Part shown: positions 31,776 through 39,694 of the stretch, piece after piece
Layout of the letters: every line of letters starts with the position of its first letter
Position numbering within the stretch: position 1 is the stretch's first letter
Source: a virus
IMG/VR virus record: IMGVR_UViG_3300050122_000047
Span: 1 to 42,126 of that record
DNA: 42,126 nt
Reading direction: 5' to 3' (one strand)
Translations under genes and position numbers: made by a program
Notes under the pieces: model-generated
Told to the model about the DNA's origin: nothing
What the model saw: only the letters and a program-made list of their open reading frames with translations
Database searches by the model: none

Positions 31776-31999
31776 TACTCGTCATCCTCGAATGTGGCCT
31801 TGATCCGGGAGGCGACGCGAGCCGCCTTGTCGGATTCAGCCTGCGCGGCCATGGCCGCCTCGTGGTGGGCTTCCCGCTCGACAAGGTGATCTTGTGCGCG
31901 CTGGGCGTGGTGCGCTTGAGCTGCATCCAGCTTCTTGCGCACCTTCACGAAAGCGGACCTGATCTGGTCCACGTCGTGTAGGCGTAGAATGTCTCCCAT
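31775..31999 (-). CDS. His/Ala-rich coiled-coil protein (74 aa)
   Basis: Track ORF with SD CAGGAGA. Sequence AQAHHAQRAQDHLVEREAHHEAAMAAQAESDKAARV. Confidence 0.55.
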   Translation of the reverse strand: MGDILRLHDVDQIRSAFVKVRKKLDAAQAHHAQRAQDHLVEREAHHEAAMAAQAESDKAARVASRIKATFEDDE

Positions 32000-32019
32000 C
32001 GGTATCTCCTGTTGTGGGA

Positions 32020-33282
32020 CTACTTCCCGTCCTGATCCAAGAGGATCAACGGCTTGAGGTCCACCATGCCATGGCGGCGATGGTGGAAAGCGAGGAGCTG
32101 CGTGGGCGGCGAAGGCCTCATGCGGAAGCTCTTGGCGTACTCGCTATAGCCGACGGTCGTGCCGTTGGACATAACGAAGCCATTATATGCCGGGGTGTGG
32201 AAGTGGCCGTGGTCCACCCGGTCGATCCTGTAGCCCAGGGCGGCCTGCTCCATGATGACCTTCTGCGCGCCGCGCATGATGGTGGCCATGGGGCCGATGA
32301 AGCCCTGCCCGCCGCCGGAGCCCATCCGGTCGCCGTGGGTCAAGACGATGTTCTGGTTATAGATCGGGAACCGGACGTCGAAGCTGTCCGAGGTCTGGAA
32401 GGTGACGCGGCTGTCGCGGGCGAAGTGCTTGCCCAGCATGTAGTTGATCAGCCGGTCGTAGCTGTGGGCGCTCGACTTCTTCGTGGTGGGCTTCATCAGG
32501 TTCCGGTCGTGGTTCCCGGCCGCGCCAGGGGTCTTGACCTCGACCTTGCCGAAGGCGTCCACCAGCTTGAGGATGCCGGCGCTCTCGGTCTCGAAGGCGC
32601 ACTCGACGGCCTCAATGGGGGTGAGGTCGTCGGTCTCTTTCAGCTCGTCATGGATGCCGCCGGAGATGGTGTCCCCGCCGCGAGCGTAGATGATACCCGG
32701 ATATTTCCAGTCCGCGCCGCTGTGGCTGTGGGACAGGTAGATGGTGAGGTCGATCATCTGGCGGTAGCGCTTGATAAAGGTGGCGCTGTCATAGCCGTAG
32801 CCCGTCTCGGTCTCCTCCGGCCGCACCACTTCGCCGATCTGGAAGTCGCTGGTGAGGAGGTAGGGGATGTGCTCGTGCTGGGACTTGGAGGGCTTCGTGT
32901 TCGAGGCCCAGAGCGCCGGCTCCAGCGAACGCTTGGCGGCGTACTCCAGGTCTTTCAAGCGGTCTTGCAGGTTGGCGATCAGCCGCGTGGCGTCCTTAAG
33001 GCGGGCGCGGGCATGGCTGTCCGATTCCTTGGCGCGGTGCAGCGCCAGGTCGTCCTCAATGGTCCGGTCAGCGTCCGGCTTGAGGAGGCGCGCGTGTCCA
33101 CCCCGAGGGATGTTGAACGGCTGGATCAAGGCCGGGAAGCGGCTCTTGGCGCGGCGGAAGCGGTTGACGTAGGTGGGCGCGGGGATGTCCATGGACAGCG
33201 CGGCCTGCGTCTTATTGCCTTGGTTCGTGTTGAACGCGGCAATGACCGCCTTGCACTCAGAGTCGCTAAGAATCCTGCCCAT
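32020..33282 (-). CDS. N-terminal HTH plus coiled coil plus calcineurin-like metallophosphoesterase domain protein
   Basis: 420 aa. HTH-like GNKTQAALSMDIPAPTYVNRFRRAK. MPE motifs LLTSDFQIGE (I, with Q in place of H), GGDTISGG (II), AGNHDRN (III), LTHGD (IV), DHGHFH (V). Confidence 0.7.
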   Translation of the reverse strand: MGRILSDSECKAVIAAFNTNQGNKTQAALSMDIPAPTYVNRFRRAKSRFPALIQPFNIPRGGHARLLKPDADRTIEDDLALHRAKESDSHARARLKDATRLIANLQDRLKDLEYAAKRSLEPALWASNTKPSKSQHEHIPYLLTSDFQIGEVVRPEETETGYGYDSATFIKRYRQMIDLTIYLSHSHSGADWKYPGIIYARGGDTISGGIHDELKETDDLTPIEAVECAFETESAGILKLVDAFGKVEVKTPGAAGNHDRNLMKPTTKKSSAHSYDRLINYMLGKHFARDSRVTFQTSDSFDVRFPIYNQNIVLTHGDRMGSGGGQGFIGPMATIMRGAQKVIMEQAALGYRIDRVDHGHFHTPAYNGFVMSNGTTVGYSEYAKSFRMRPSPPTQLLAFHHRRHGMVDLKPLILLDQDGK

Positions 33283-33496
33283 GTGGTGTCTCCAGGGGAT
33301 GACGTTTTTCTAACTGCCGTAAGCGGCGAATTGTTACGTAGAACTGTAGCCCGACACCGCACACGGAAGCGAACGCGGACAACATGACCGCAATGTCGGA
33401 CACATGCAAGCCCCAAAACGTAAAGGCTGCTGCTGTCGTGGCCAGAGTGGTCGCAGGTGACATAGACTCTAGCCCTCGGATAAAGTGGGTGTTCAT
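33266..33496 (-). CDS. Small two-TM membrane protein with a charged C-terminus (holin-like); atypically low GC3
   Basis: 76 aa. ATGA-coupled to the ejection-protein gene. TLATTAAAFTFWGL and IAVMLSAFASVCGVGLQFYV followed by TIRRLRQLEKRH. Many A/T-ending codons (TTT, CTA, TCT, ACA, GTA, TTA, AAA). Confidence 0.55.
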   Translation of the reverse strand: MNTHFIRGLESMSPATTLATTAAAFTFWGLHVSDIAVMLSAFASVCGVGLQFYVTIRRLRQLEKRHPLETPHGQDS

Positions 33497-35568
33497 TGTC
33501 CTTGGCCTCCGAATTGAGGAGCGACCTCGGCTGTGGCGGTGCCTCCGATAGAAAGCGCGAGGTCACGTAGCTGCTGCCGGGTAGCGCCCGCCTTTTTCAA
33601 GGCGTTGATAGCGTTTTGTGCTTGAGCCGGATCAGTTAGCGCCTTGCTGATGCTATCTTGCATCCCTTGGCTTAATTTTCCGAAACTAGGCACGGTTTTC
33701 ATCAGGTGGAATACGGTCGAGGCCGGCGAGTGCGCGACGGTCGCCCCGATAGTCTGGGCCGCCTGCCGAGCGCCGTTGGCGGGGTTGTCTTCGGGGTTGA
33801 TACCACCGGGCGCGATGCGGTTCAAGGCGTTGGACCCCTGTTGAATCGCCGCACCCGTCTGGGCCACGTCCTGCGCTTGGCCAGGGCTGAATGTCTGAGA
33901 CAGGTTCGCCTGAGCGCCTGGCTCCTGGACAGCTCCAGCCGCGTTCGCCGCGCCGCTCGTAGTGTCGCCGGCTTGGTTCTGGAGGCGCGTGGAGACGCCC
34001 GACTGATAGCCGGCTTGACCGGACGGGGACGCCAGGTCGCGGATCAGGGACGGGTCATCCGCCTCGGAGACCAGCTTGCCGGCCACGCCGTGCTTAAACC
34101 CGTTGATATGCTGGCTGTCCTGGGTGAACTGGTCCAGGGCGTTGTGATAGTCCGCACCCTCGGGCGTGCCGCTGTCCACCAGCCCAGCGATCCGGCCGCG
34201 CAGGTCTCCAGCCGCTTGGGCCGCGCCGCTGTTGGCGTTCGGGTTGCTCGGGTTGGCGAAGGCCGCCTGGCGGGAGCCGAGGCTCTGGCGCAGGGTGTCC
34301 ACGTCGCCGATGGACAGCGCGTTGGACGAGCCGGAGGCGTCGATGTCGCCCACAGCCTGGTTGACCCGCGAGCGCAGGCCGGACAGGACCGGAGGGCTGG
34401 TCGCATCGCGCAGGGCCGGGTCCGTGAGGAGGTCCAGGTGTGAGTTGTCCAGGGTGACGGGCTGCGAGCGGATCGGAGCCATGGCGGACGTCATCGTGCG
34501 TTCCCGAGCCTGGGTCAGGTCCGAGATCGACTGCGGCGCGTTGCCGGTCACAGCCTGCACGCGCTGCGGCAGAGTGGTCGTGGCCTGTTGGTCGAAGCGC
34601 TGCGCGGCGTTGTTCATGGCCTCGCCTATGGTGCTGTTGTCGGCCGCCAGGGACGCCAGCGTGCCTTGCGACTTCGCACCCACGAGCGCGGCGATGGGGG
34701 CCGGCTGGCCGGTGAACTTGAGGAAGTTGTCGGACGCGGCTTGCAGAGTCTCCGGGGTCTCGCCCAGCTTCTGAGCCAGCAGCAGCATCCCCTTGGAGAT
34801 CACAGGCTGAGCGGCCTTCGCGATGACGCCGGCCACCTTGCTCACGGCAGGGTTCAGCACCGCGCCGCCGAGGGCCGCTTCGGTGATCTGGTCGCCGTTC
34901 TCGCCTTGGAGCGCAGCCGTGCCGCCGCCGACGGTCGCACCGACCGCAGCACTCTTCGCCACGTTGGCGATGGCATTGCCAGTTTTGGCCACAGCGCCGG
35001 CACCTTGCGCCGCTTCGGTCGGGGACAGGGCGTCCACGGCACCGCCGACCACACGGCCGACGCCAGGTAGAGCACGAGCCCCTTTGATCGCATCCGCGAT
35101 AGCGCCGCCGCCCTCGACCGCGCCCGCGACGTCGCCGACCAGGGAGGCCGTGGGGTGCGCTGTCCGCTGGTCAGCCTGGCCTTGAGCCGCCGCAGCCTTC
35201 GCTTGGTCGTAGGTCGCGGGCGTGCCGCCGGCACCGATCTCCTTGAGGAGCGCCTGGCCGGCCGGGTGCTGGCTGAGCGCAGAGTAGAGCGCGGCCGAGG
35301 CCTTGTCGGCCAGGCCGAACGTGCCGGAGTTGACCGCCTCGTGCGTACCAGCCGCCATCGACTGCGCGAAGTTGCTGTTGGCGAAGTCCGCCAGGCCCGC
35401 TTGGATCGGGTGAGCCGCACGCCACGCAGCCGAAGGACCGCTCGGCGCGGCAGGCGCGGCGTTCGTCGGCGGGTAGTTCTTGGCCATGGCCGCGCTGATC
35501 TGGTCGTCTGACATCCCGTCGGGGAAGTTGACAAGGGTACCGTCTGGGGCTCGAACTTGCGTAGGCAT
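33493..35568 (-). CDS. Large ejection/internal virion protein (gp16-position analogue)
   Basis: 691 aa, Ala/Gly/Gln-rich. N-terminus MPTQVRAPDGTLVNFPDGMSDDQISAAMAKNYPP. TAATG overlap with the upstream gene. Confidence 0.6.
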   Translation of the reverse strand: MPTQVRAPDGTLVNFPDGMSDDQISAAMAKNYPPTNAAPAAPSGPSAAWRAAHPIQAGLADFANSNFAQSMAAGTHEAVNSGTFGLADKASAALYSALSQHPAGQALLKEIGAGGTPATYDQAKAAAAQGQADQRTAHPTASLVGDVAGAVEGGGAIADAIKGARALPGVGRVVGGAVDALSPTEAAQGAGAVAKTGNAIANVAKSAAVGATVGGGTAALQGENGDQITEAALGGAVLNPAVSKVAGVIAKAAQPVISKGMLLLAQKLGETPETLQAASDNFLKFTGQPAPIAALVGAKSQGTLASLAADNSTIGEAMNNAAQRFDQQATTTLPQRVQAVTGNAPQSISDLTQARERTMTSAMAPIRSQPVTLDNSHLDLLTDPALRDATSPPVLSGLRSRVNQAVGDIDASGSSNALSIGDVDTLRQSLGSRQAAFANPSNPNANSGAAQAAGDLRGRIAGLVDSGTPEGADYHNALDQFTQDSQHINGFKHGVAGKLVSEADDPSLIRDLASPSGQAGYQSGVSTRLQNQAGDTTSGAANAAGAVQEPGAQANLSQTFSPGQAQDVAQTGAAIQQGSNALNRIAPGGINPEDNPANGARQAAQTIGATVAHSPASTVFHLMKTVPSFGKLSQGMQDSISKALTDPAQAQNAINALKKAGATRQQLRDLALSIGGTATAEVAPQFGGQGQ

Positions 35569-37121
35569 TATTCGATCTTTCCGGTCTGCGGGTTGTAGGT
35601 CTTGATCTGGGCGGTCTGCGTCGTGGCGTTGGACTTCACCGTGGCCAGGACGTGACCCGTGGGGGTAACGATCTGATTCCGGTTCTGGGTGCCGAAAGCC
35701 ACATGAACGTGATTGTTCGTCGGGTCAATCTCGACCTGGTCGAACGGGATACCCTGCGTCGAGAGACCGTGCGCCACGCGGATCGCCATGGTGCTGAGCG
35801 GCGTTTTGCCGGTCGGGTCCACGAAGTCCCAGGCCTCGGGGGCCGTGGGCGAGCCCTGCATGTGCTCGGACGTGGCGCTGCCGTGCGCGGCCTTGTTCTC
35901 CGCAGCCGTGCGGTAGCCCGATTTGACCTGGATGGGCACGCCCGCGAGCTGACTGATCGCCGCCGTGGCGTTGGCCGTGGCTTCCGCGCCGGACTTGGCG
36001 TTGCCGGCCAGGGCGTGGACCCCCGCGTTCCAGGCAGAGCTGGCCGCGCCGGCCGGGGTGGCCGACGTCGCGAGGGGCGTTTCGTCACGGGCGAGGACGT
36101 TGGCGGTGAAGCCCCGGACGTGCTCCAGGTTCTGGAGGACAGTCGCGGGATCGCCACTCGGGTCCAGTGAGCCCAGCGCGCCGCCGGCCGCCGTAAACTC
36201 GGTGTTCGTGGTGCGGCTCATGCCGACGCCCTTGGCCTTGGCGTCCAGCATGTCCTGAATCGCGACGTTGCCTTGGATGCTCTTGACCAGCGCCTCATAC
36301 TTCTGCACCGCAGAGCCAGGGACGTGCGCCATGGCGGCCCGAAGCGTGCTGTTCGTGGGCATCTGGTGGACCAGCGCCTCGGCGGCGTCGATCTGCGAGG
36401 ACACCGAGCCGAGGATCGCGCGACGGGTGGGCGTGAGGCCTTCCGAGCCGCCGCCGGCCGCGCCCGCCGCCTTCTGGGCGTCGGCGGTGGCTTTGGTCGC
36501 TTGAGCCTGGGTCAGGCCCAGCTCGGCGGACTGCTGCGCGATGACGCCAGGAGCCAGGGCCACAGCCTGGTTGATGTCCTGCTGGGTCTTCTGGTTGGCC
36601 AGGTCTTTCGACTGCGTGCTCAGGAGTGCATCGACCGGAACCTGCGCGTTCGTCGCGTTGGTCGCGGTGATCCGGCCCGGCTGCGTCGCGGCGGTGTAGG
36701 CGTTGGTTTGCTGGCCCGCCGTGACAGTGTTCGCGTTCTGGGCGTTCGTGTCGCTGATCTGCTGCGGCACGTTCGCGTTCGTGGCGTTGGTCGCCGCGAT
36801 GGCTCCAGGCTGGGTCTCGGCGGAAAAGGCGTTCTTAAACTTGCCCTCGGCGATGATGTTTGCGTTCTCGGCGTTCGTGTCGCTGATCTGCTGGGGCGTG
36901 TTCGCGTTCAGGGCGTTGGTCGAGGCGACCTTACCGGGCATCGTCTGGTTGTTGAACCCGACTTGCTGCATGGTCGCCTGAGTCGTGGCGGCCTCCGGGT
37001 CAAGCGCGGTCGGGCCGTAGATGGCCGCCAGCGCGTTGAACGCCGTGTTCTTCCGGGTTGCATCGTCCAAGGCCCCGACGTACTTGCCGCCAGCGATCAG
37101 GTCCGCTCCAGCGTCCGCCAT
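35568..37121 (-). CDS. Ejection/internal virion protein with a C-terminal M15-type zinc peptidase (cell-wall hydrolase) domain and N-terminal 43-aa tandem repeats
   Basis: 517 aa. KSGYRTAAENKAAHGSATSEHMQGSPTAPEAWDF...NNHVHVAF (about nt 35691-35957) fits the SGYR...S.H..G.A.D...HvH pattern. Confidence 0.7.
   Translation of the reverse strand: MADAGADLIAGGKYVGALDDATRKNTAFNALAAIYGPTALDPEAATTQATMQQVGFNNQTMPGKVASTNALNANTPQQISDTNAENANIIAEGKFKNAFSAETQPGAIAATNATNANVPQQISDTNAQNANTVTAGQQTNAYTAATQPGRITATNATNAQVPVDALLSTQSKDLANQKTQQDINQAVALAPGVIAQQSAELGLTQAQATKATADAQKAAGAAGGGSEGLTPTRRAILGSVSSQIDAAEALVHQMPTNSTLRAAMAHVPGSAVQKYEALVKSIQGNVAIQDMLDAKAKGVGMSRTTNTEFTAAGGALGSLDPSGDPATVLQNLEHVRGFTANVLARDETPLATSATPAGAASSAWNAGVHALAGNAKSGAEATANATAAISQLAGVPIQVKSGYRTAAENKAAHGSATSEHMQGSPTAPEAWDFVDPTGKTPLSTMAIRVAHGLSTQGIPFDQVEIDPTNNHVHVAFGTQNRNQIVTPTGHVLATVKSNATTQTAQIKTYNPQTGKIE
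36636..36920 (-). repeat. In-frame 129-bp tandem repeat, ~2.2 copies (43-aa units TNA(L/T)NAN(T/V)PQQISDTNA(E/Q)NAN...)
   Basis: ggcgttcgtgtcgctgatctgctg occurs at 36741 and 36870 (period 129). Protein residues 68-110, 111-153 and 154-162. Confidence 0.8.
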
Positions 37122-37747
37122 TAGAGGCCTCCGAACCAGTTAGAGATATTCTTGCCCGTCGAGGTATTCGACAAGGCGTCGTTGGCCACGGCACCGAGCG
37201 CGCCAGCCGCAGCCGTCCCGCCGCTCTGGGTGGCGTTCGCAGCAGCGGCACCGCCGGCCGAGCCCGCCTGAGCGACCGTCTGGTCAGCCTGTAGGCCCTG
37301 CGTCGCGGTCGCGCCTTGCTGGTTGTTGAGGGAGCCGAGCTGGCCCAGGTAGTTGTTGAACGAGCCGGTCGCCAGGTTCTGCCCGTACTGTGTCAAGGCC
37401 TTGGCCGTATCGCCGCTGTTCAGGATGCCTTTCGACGCGGCCGAGCCGGCGATGGCGCTCTGGCCCTGGCCGAGCTGGAAGTTATAGCCGGTGCTGTTCA
37501 GGTAGTTCGAGAACCCGTTCTGCGTCGCGGACGTGACCGGGGCCTGGCCGAGGAGCTGAGCCTCGGAGCCTTGGGTGCCTTGCTGGGCTTGGGACGCGGC
37601 GGTGCCTGCGGTCTGAGCCTGCGTGATGGAGGGTGCGCCGGCACCGCTCGTGAGGTAGTTGTAGCCGGTGAGGGCCTGTTTCGAGGCAGTCTTGGCGGCG
37701 CTGGCCGTGCCTAGCCCGCCAATAAGGCCTCCGATGATGTCACCCAT
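37121..37747 (-). CDS. Small ejection/internal virion protein (Gly/Gln/Ala-rich, gp7-position analogue)
   Basis: 208 aa. MGDIIGGLIGGLGTASAAK..., low complexity. The start overlaps the upstream gene by 37 nt. Confidence 0.55.
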   Translation of the reverse strand: MGDIIGGLIGGLGTASAAKTASKQALTGYNYLTSGAGAPSITQAQTAGTAASQAQQGTQGSEAQLLGQAPVTSATQNGFSNYLNSTGYNFQLGQGQSAIAGSAASKGILNSGDTAKALTQYGQNLATGSFNNYLGQLGSLNNQQGATATQGLQADQTVAQAGSAGGAAAANATQSGGTAAAGALGAVANDALSNTSTGKNISNWFGGL

Positions 37748-38169
37748 GTCGCGCGCTCCAGCACATAGTCGATGCAGTCGCGGCCCTGAGAATCTACGCT
37801 AACACCGTAGGGGCGACCACCGAGAGCGCGATTAACCGTCCTAGCGAGGAGGTTTATGCGGGGTGTTGAGCCTACTATGGCAGACGCGCCGTTCTCTGTA
37901 AAGAGGTCGTTGATAGCAGCGCGTATCCGCTTCATCCTGTCACTTCCAGCCAGCCTCTTGGTCAGGCCGTAGTGCATTTCATACTGTCCATCGCCGACAT
38001 ATTTAAAGATGACGATGCCGAACTTGTCTCCGAATACCACGTTGCCAGGTACTTCGGCGAACCCGCTAAGGTCTATGGCCTCGATCCCAGGAGCGCAGTT
38101 AGACAATACTTCGGGGGCGTTGAATACTCTGTTGAGCAGTTGTTGGGCGTGCTGGCCAGTGATACGCAT
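37711..38169 (-). CDS. Hypothetical protein (152 aa), possibly GNAT-like fold; atypically low GC3 (moron)
   Basis: ATG 38169 preceded by AGAGG just after the tail-fibre stop. Rare-looking codons for this genome (AGA, GTA, ATA, AGG, TTA). ...ASAIVGSTPRINLLARTVNRALGGRPYG resembles the C-terminal part of acetyltransferase-fold proteins (weak). Confidence 0.55.
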   Translation of the reverse strand: MRITGQHAQQLLNRVFNAPEVLSNCAPGIEAIDLSGFAEVPGNVVFGDKFGIVIFKYVGDGQYEMHYGLTKRLAGSDRMKRIRAAINDLFTENGASAIVGSTPRINLLARTVNRALGGRPYGVSVDSQGRDCIDYVLERATWVTSSEALLAG

Positions 38170-38176
38170 GAGACCT

Positions 38177-39694
38177 CTAAGTGAAAGCAATCCAACCTGG
38201 AACGGCACCCGCCACGGGGCCGCTTATGACAACGATGGCGTCATAATAACCCGACTGGCTGGCGGACGGGTAGCTGAACACGGCGGTTATGTGCCCGGCG
38301 ACCAGCGGCGAGCCGGCGGCGATGACACCAGCGGCGTTTGACCCGTCGGTCAGTTGTTCGAGCTGCGTGCCCTGGTTTACCGACGGCAGGCTGCTATAGC
38401 GCTGGCCACCGAAGTAGATGCAGAGATTCGCGGTCGCGACGCTGCCAGGGGTCGTGATCGAGTCGGACGCGGCTGAGCCGCCGGATCGGTTGGCCGTGGT
38501 GCTGATGATGTGGTCATAGGTCGCGGCCGAGATGACCACGCAGCCGGCGACCAGGTCGAAGGAGCCGGCCATGGCGACGGTTACTGACCCGGTCGAAATG
38601 TCGCCGGAGTTGAGCGTCTTGTGGGCGATGAAGCCGTTGAAGTTCGCGCCGGCCTGGTTGTCAAGCTGGGTCCAGCCCGAGGGCGCGGCAGGCACCGACC
38701 AGCCCCCACCGACGAAGATGAAAGCCTCGTCCCCTGCCGCCGCGCCGGACGGGAACGGGATCACCGCCGTAGGCGCGCTGAGCGCAATTGCCGTGTGGCC
38801 GACGACGACGGGGGTTGCCGTGCCGGAGCCGCCGCCGATGGGGTCTTGGACGTAGCCGGCATAGGGGATCGACGTTCGGTCGTAGTACGTGTCGCCGTCC
38901 GTGAAAAAGGTTGTCGGCGCGCCCGTGCCGAAGTGCGCGATGTTGCCACCCCCGCCGCCTCCACCGCCGGCCACAGCCACCCAGGCGCTGGAGTTTTGGA
39001 CATAGAGCGCATAGGGGACCGTGCTCGTGTTGAAATACAGGTCGCCGTTCGTGTGGAGCGTGGACGGAGGGCCGACGCCGAAATAGGACGTCACACCGCC
39101 ACCGCCGCCACCCCCGCCTGGAGCCCATGCCGGGTCTGCGCCGGCTCCGGCCGTGGTGAGGACGTCGCCGGACGTGCCAGGGGCGAGCGCCACCCAGCCG
39201 GCCGAGCTGCGGAACAGGACTGAGCCCTGCACGGCGCTGATGAAGTCGAGGACGCCAGCGATGGTCGCCCAGATGGGGTCGCCGCCGGCACCTTCGGTGA
39301 CGAGGATGTCGCCCATGGTGTTCGGGGCCAGGACTTCCCAGCCGGTCGCGCCACGGAACAGCAGGTCGCCGCGCGATGCGCCGAAGTCGTCCAGGTGCGC
39401 GGTCTGCGTCACCCAGCTAGGGTTGGCGGACACGCCGCCGGAGGTCAGCAGTGTGCGCGCCGCGCCGGGGCCCAGCACCCGCCAGCGGTCGGCATCGCGG
39501 TAGATGATGTCGCCTTGAGCGAGGCCGAGCAGGTCGAGCACGTCGCTGAGTTGCTGCGGGGTCGTCGGTATGCCGGTGTTGATCGACGTCTGAAAGTTCC
39601 ACTTGCGCATGAACTCGTTCGTCGGCGTGCCGTCGGGGTTCGTGATGGGCACGCGCCAGTCGAGGGGCCCCTGTGGGGTTTTCGGCGCGGCCAC
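38177..39694 (-). CDS. Tail fibre with three ~43-aa tandem repeats, two Gly8 linkers and a duplicated beta module
   Basis: 505 aa. GDIIYRDADRWRVLGPGAARTLLTSGGVSANPSW / GDLLFRGATGWEVLAPNTMGDILVTEGAGGDPIW / GSVLFRSSAGWVALAPGTSGDVLTTAGAGADPAW. GGGGGGGG occurs twice. Confidence 0.8.
   Translation of the reverse strand: MAAPKTPQGPLDWRVPITNPDGTPTNEFMRKWNFQTSINTGIPTTPQQLSDVLDLLGLAQGDIIYRDADRWRVLGPGAARTLLTSGGVSANPSWVTQTAHLDDFGASRGDLLFRGATGWEVLAPNTMGDILVTEGAGGDPIWATIAGVLDFISAVQGSVLFRSSAGWVALAPGTSGDVLTTAGAGADPAWAPGGGGGGGGVTSYFGVGPPSTLHTNGDLYFNTSTVPYALYVQNSSAWVAVAGGGGGGGGNIAHFGTGAPTTFFTDGDTYYDRTSIPYAGYVQDPIGGGSGTATPVVVGHTAIALSAPTAVIPFPSGAAAGDEAFIFVGGGWSVPAAPSGWTQLDNQAGANFNGFIAHKTLNSGDISTGSVTVAMAGSFDLVAGCVVISAATYDHIISTTANRSGGSAASDSITTPGSVATANLCIYFGGQRYSSLPSVNQGTQLEQLTDGSNAAGVIAAGSPLVAGHITAVFSYPSASQSGYYDAIVVISGPVAGAVPGWIAFT

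Noticed and set aside
36636-36920. Tandem repeats as a CRISPR array or non-coding satellite
   Set aside because: The period is 129 bp with no spacer/repeat alternation. It is in frame inside a long ORF and encodes 43-aa protein repeats.
38945-39118. Gly8-encoding stretches as slipped-strand contingency tracts
   Set aside because: The glycines are encoded by mixed GGN codons (ccacccccgccgcctccaccgcc). No homopolymer runs longer than 5 nt, so phase variation by slippage is unlikely.
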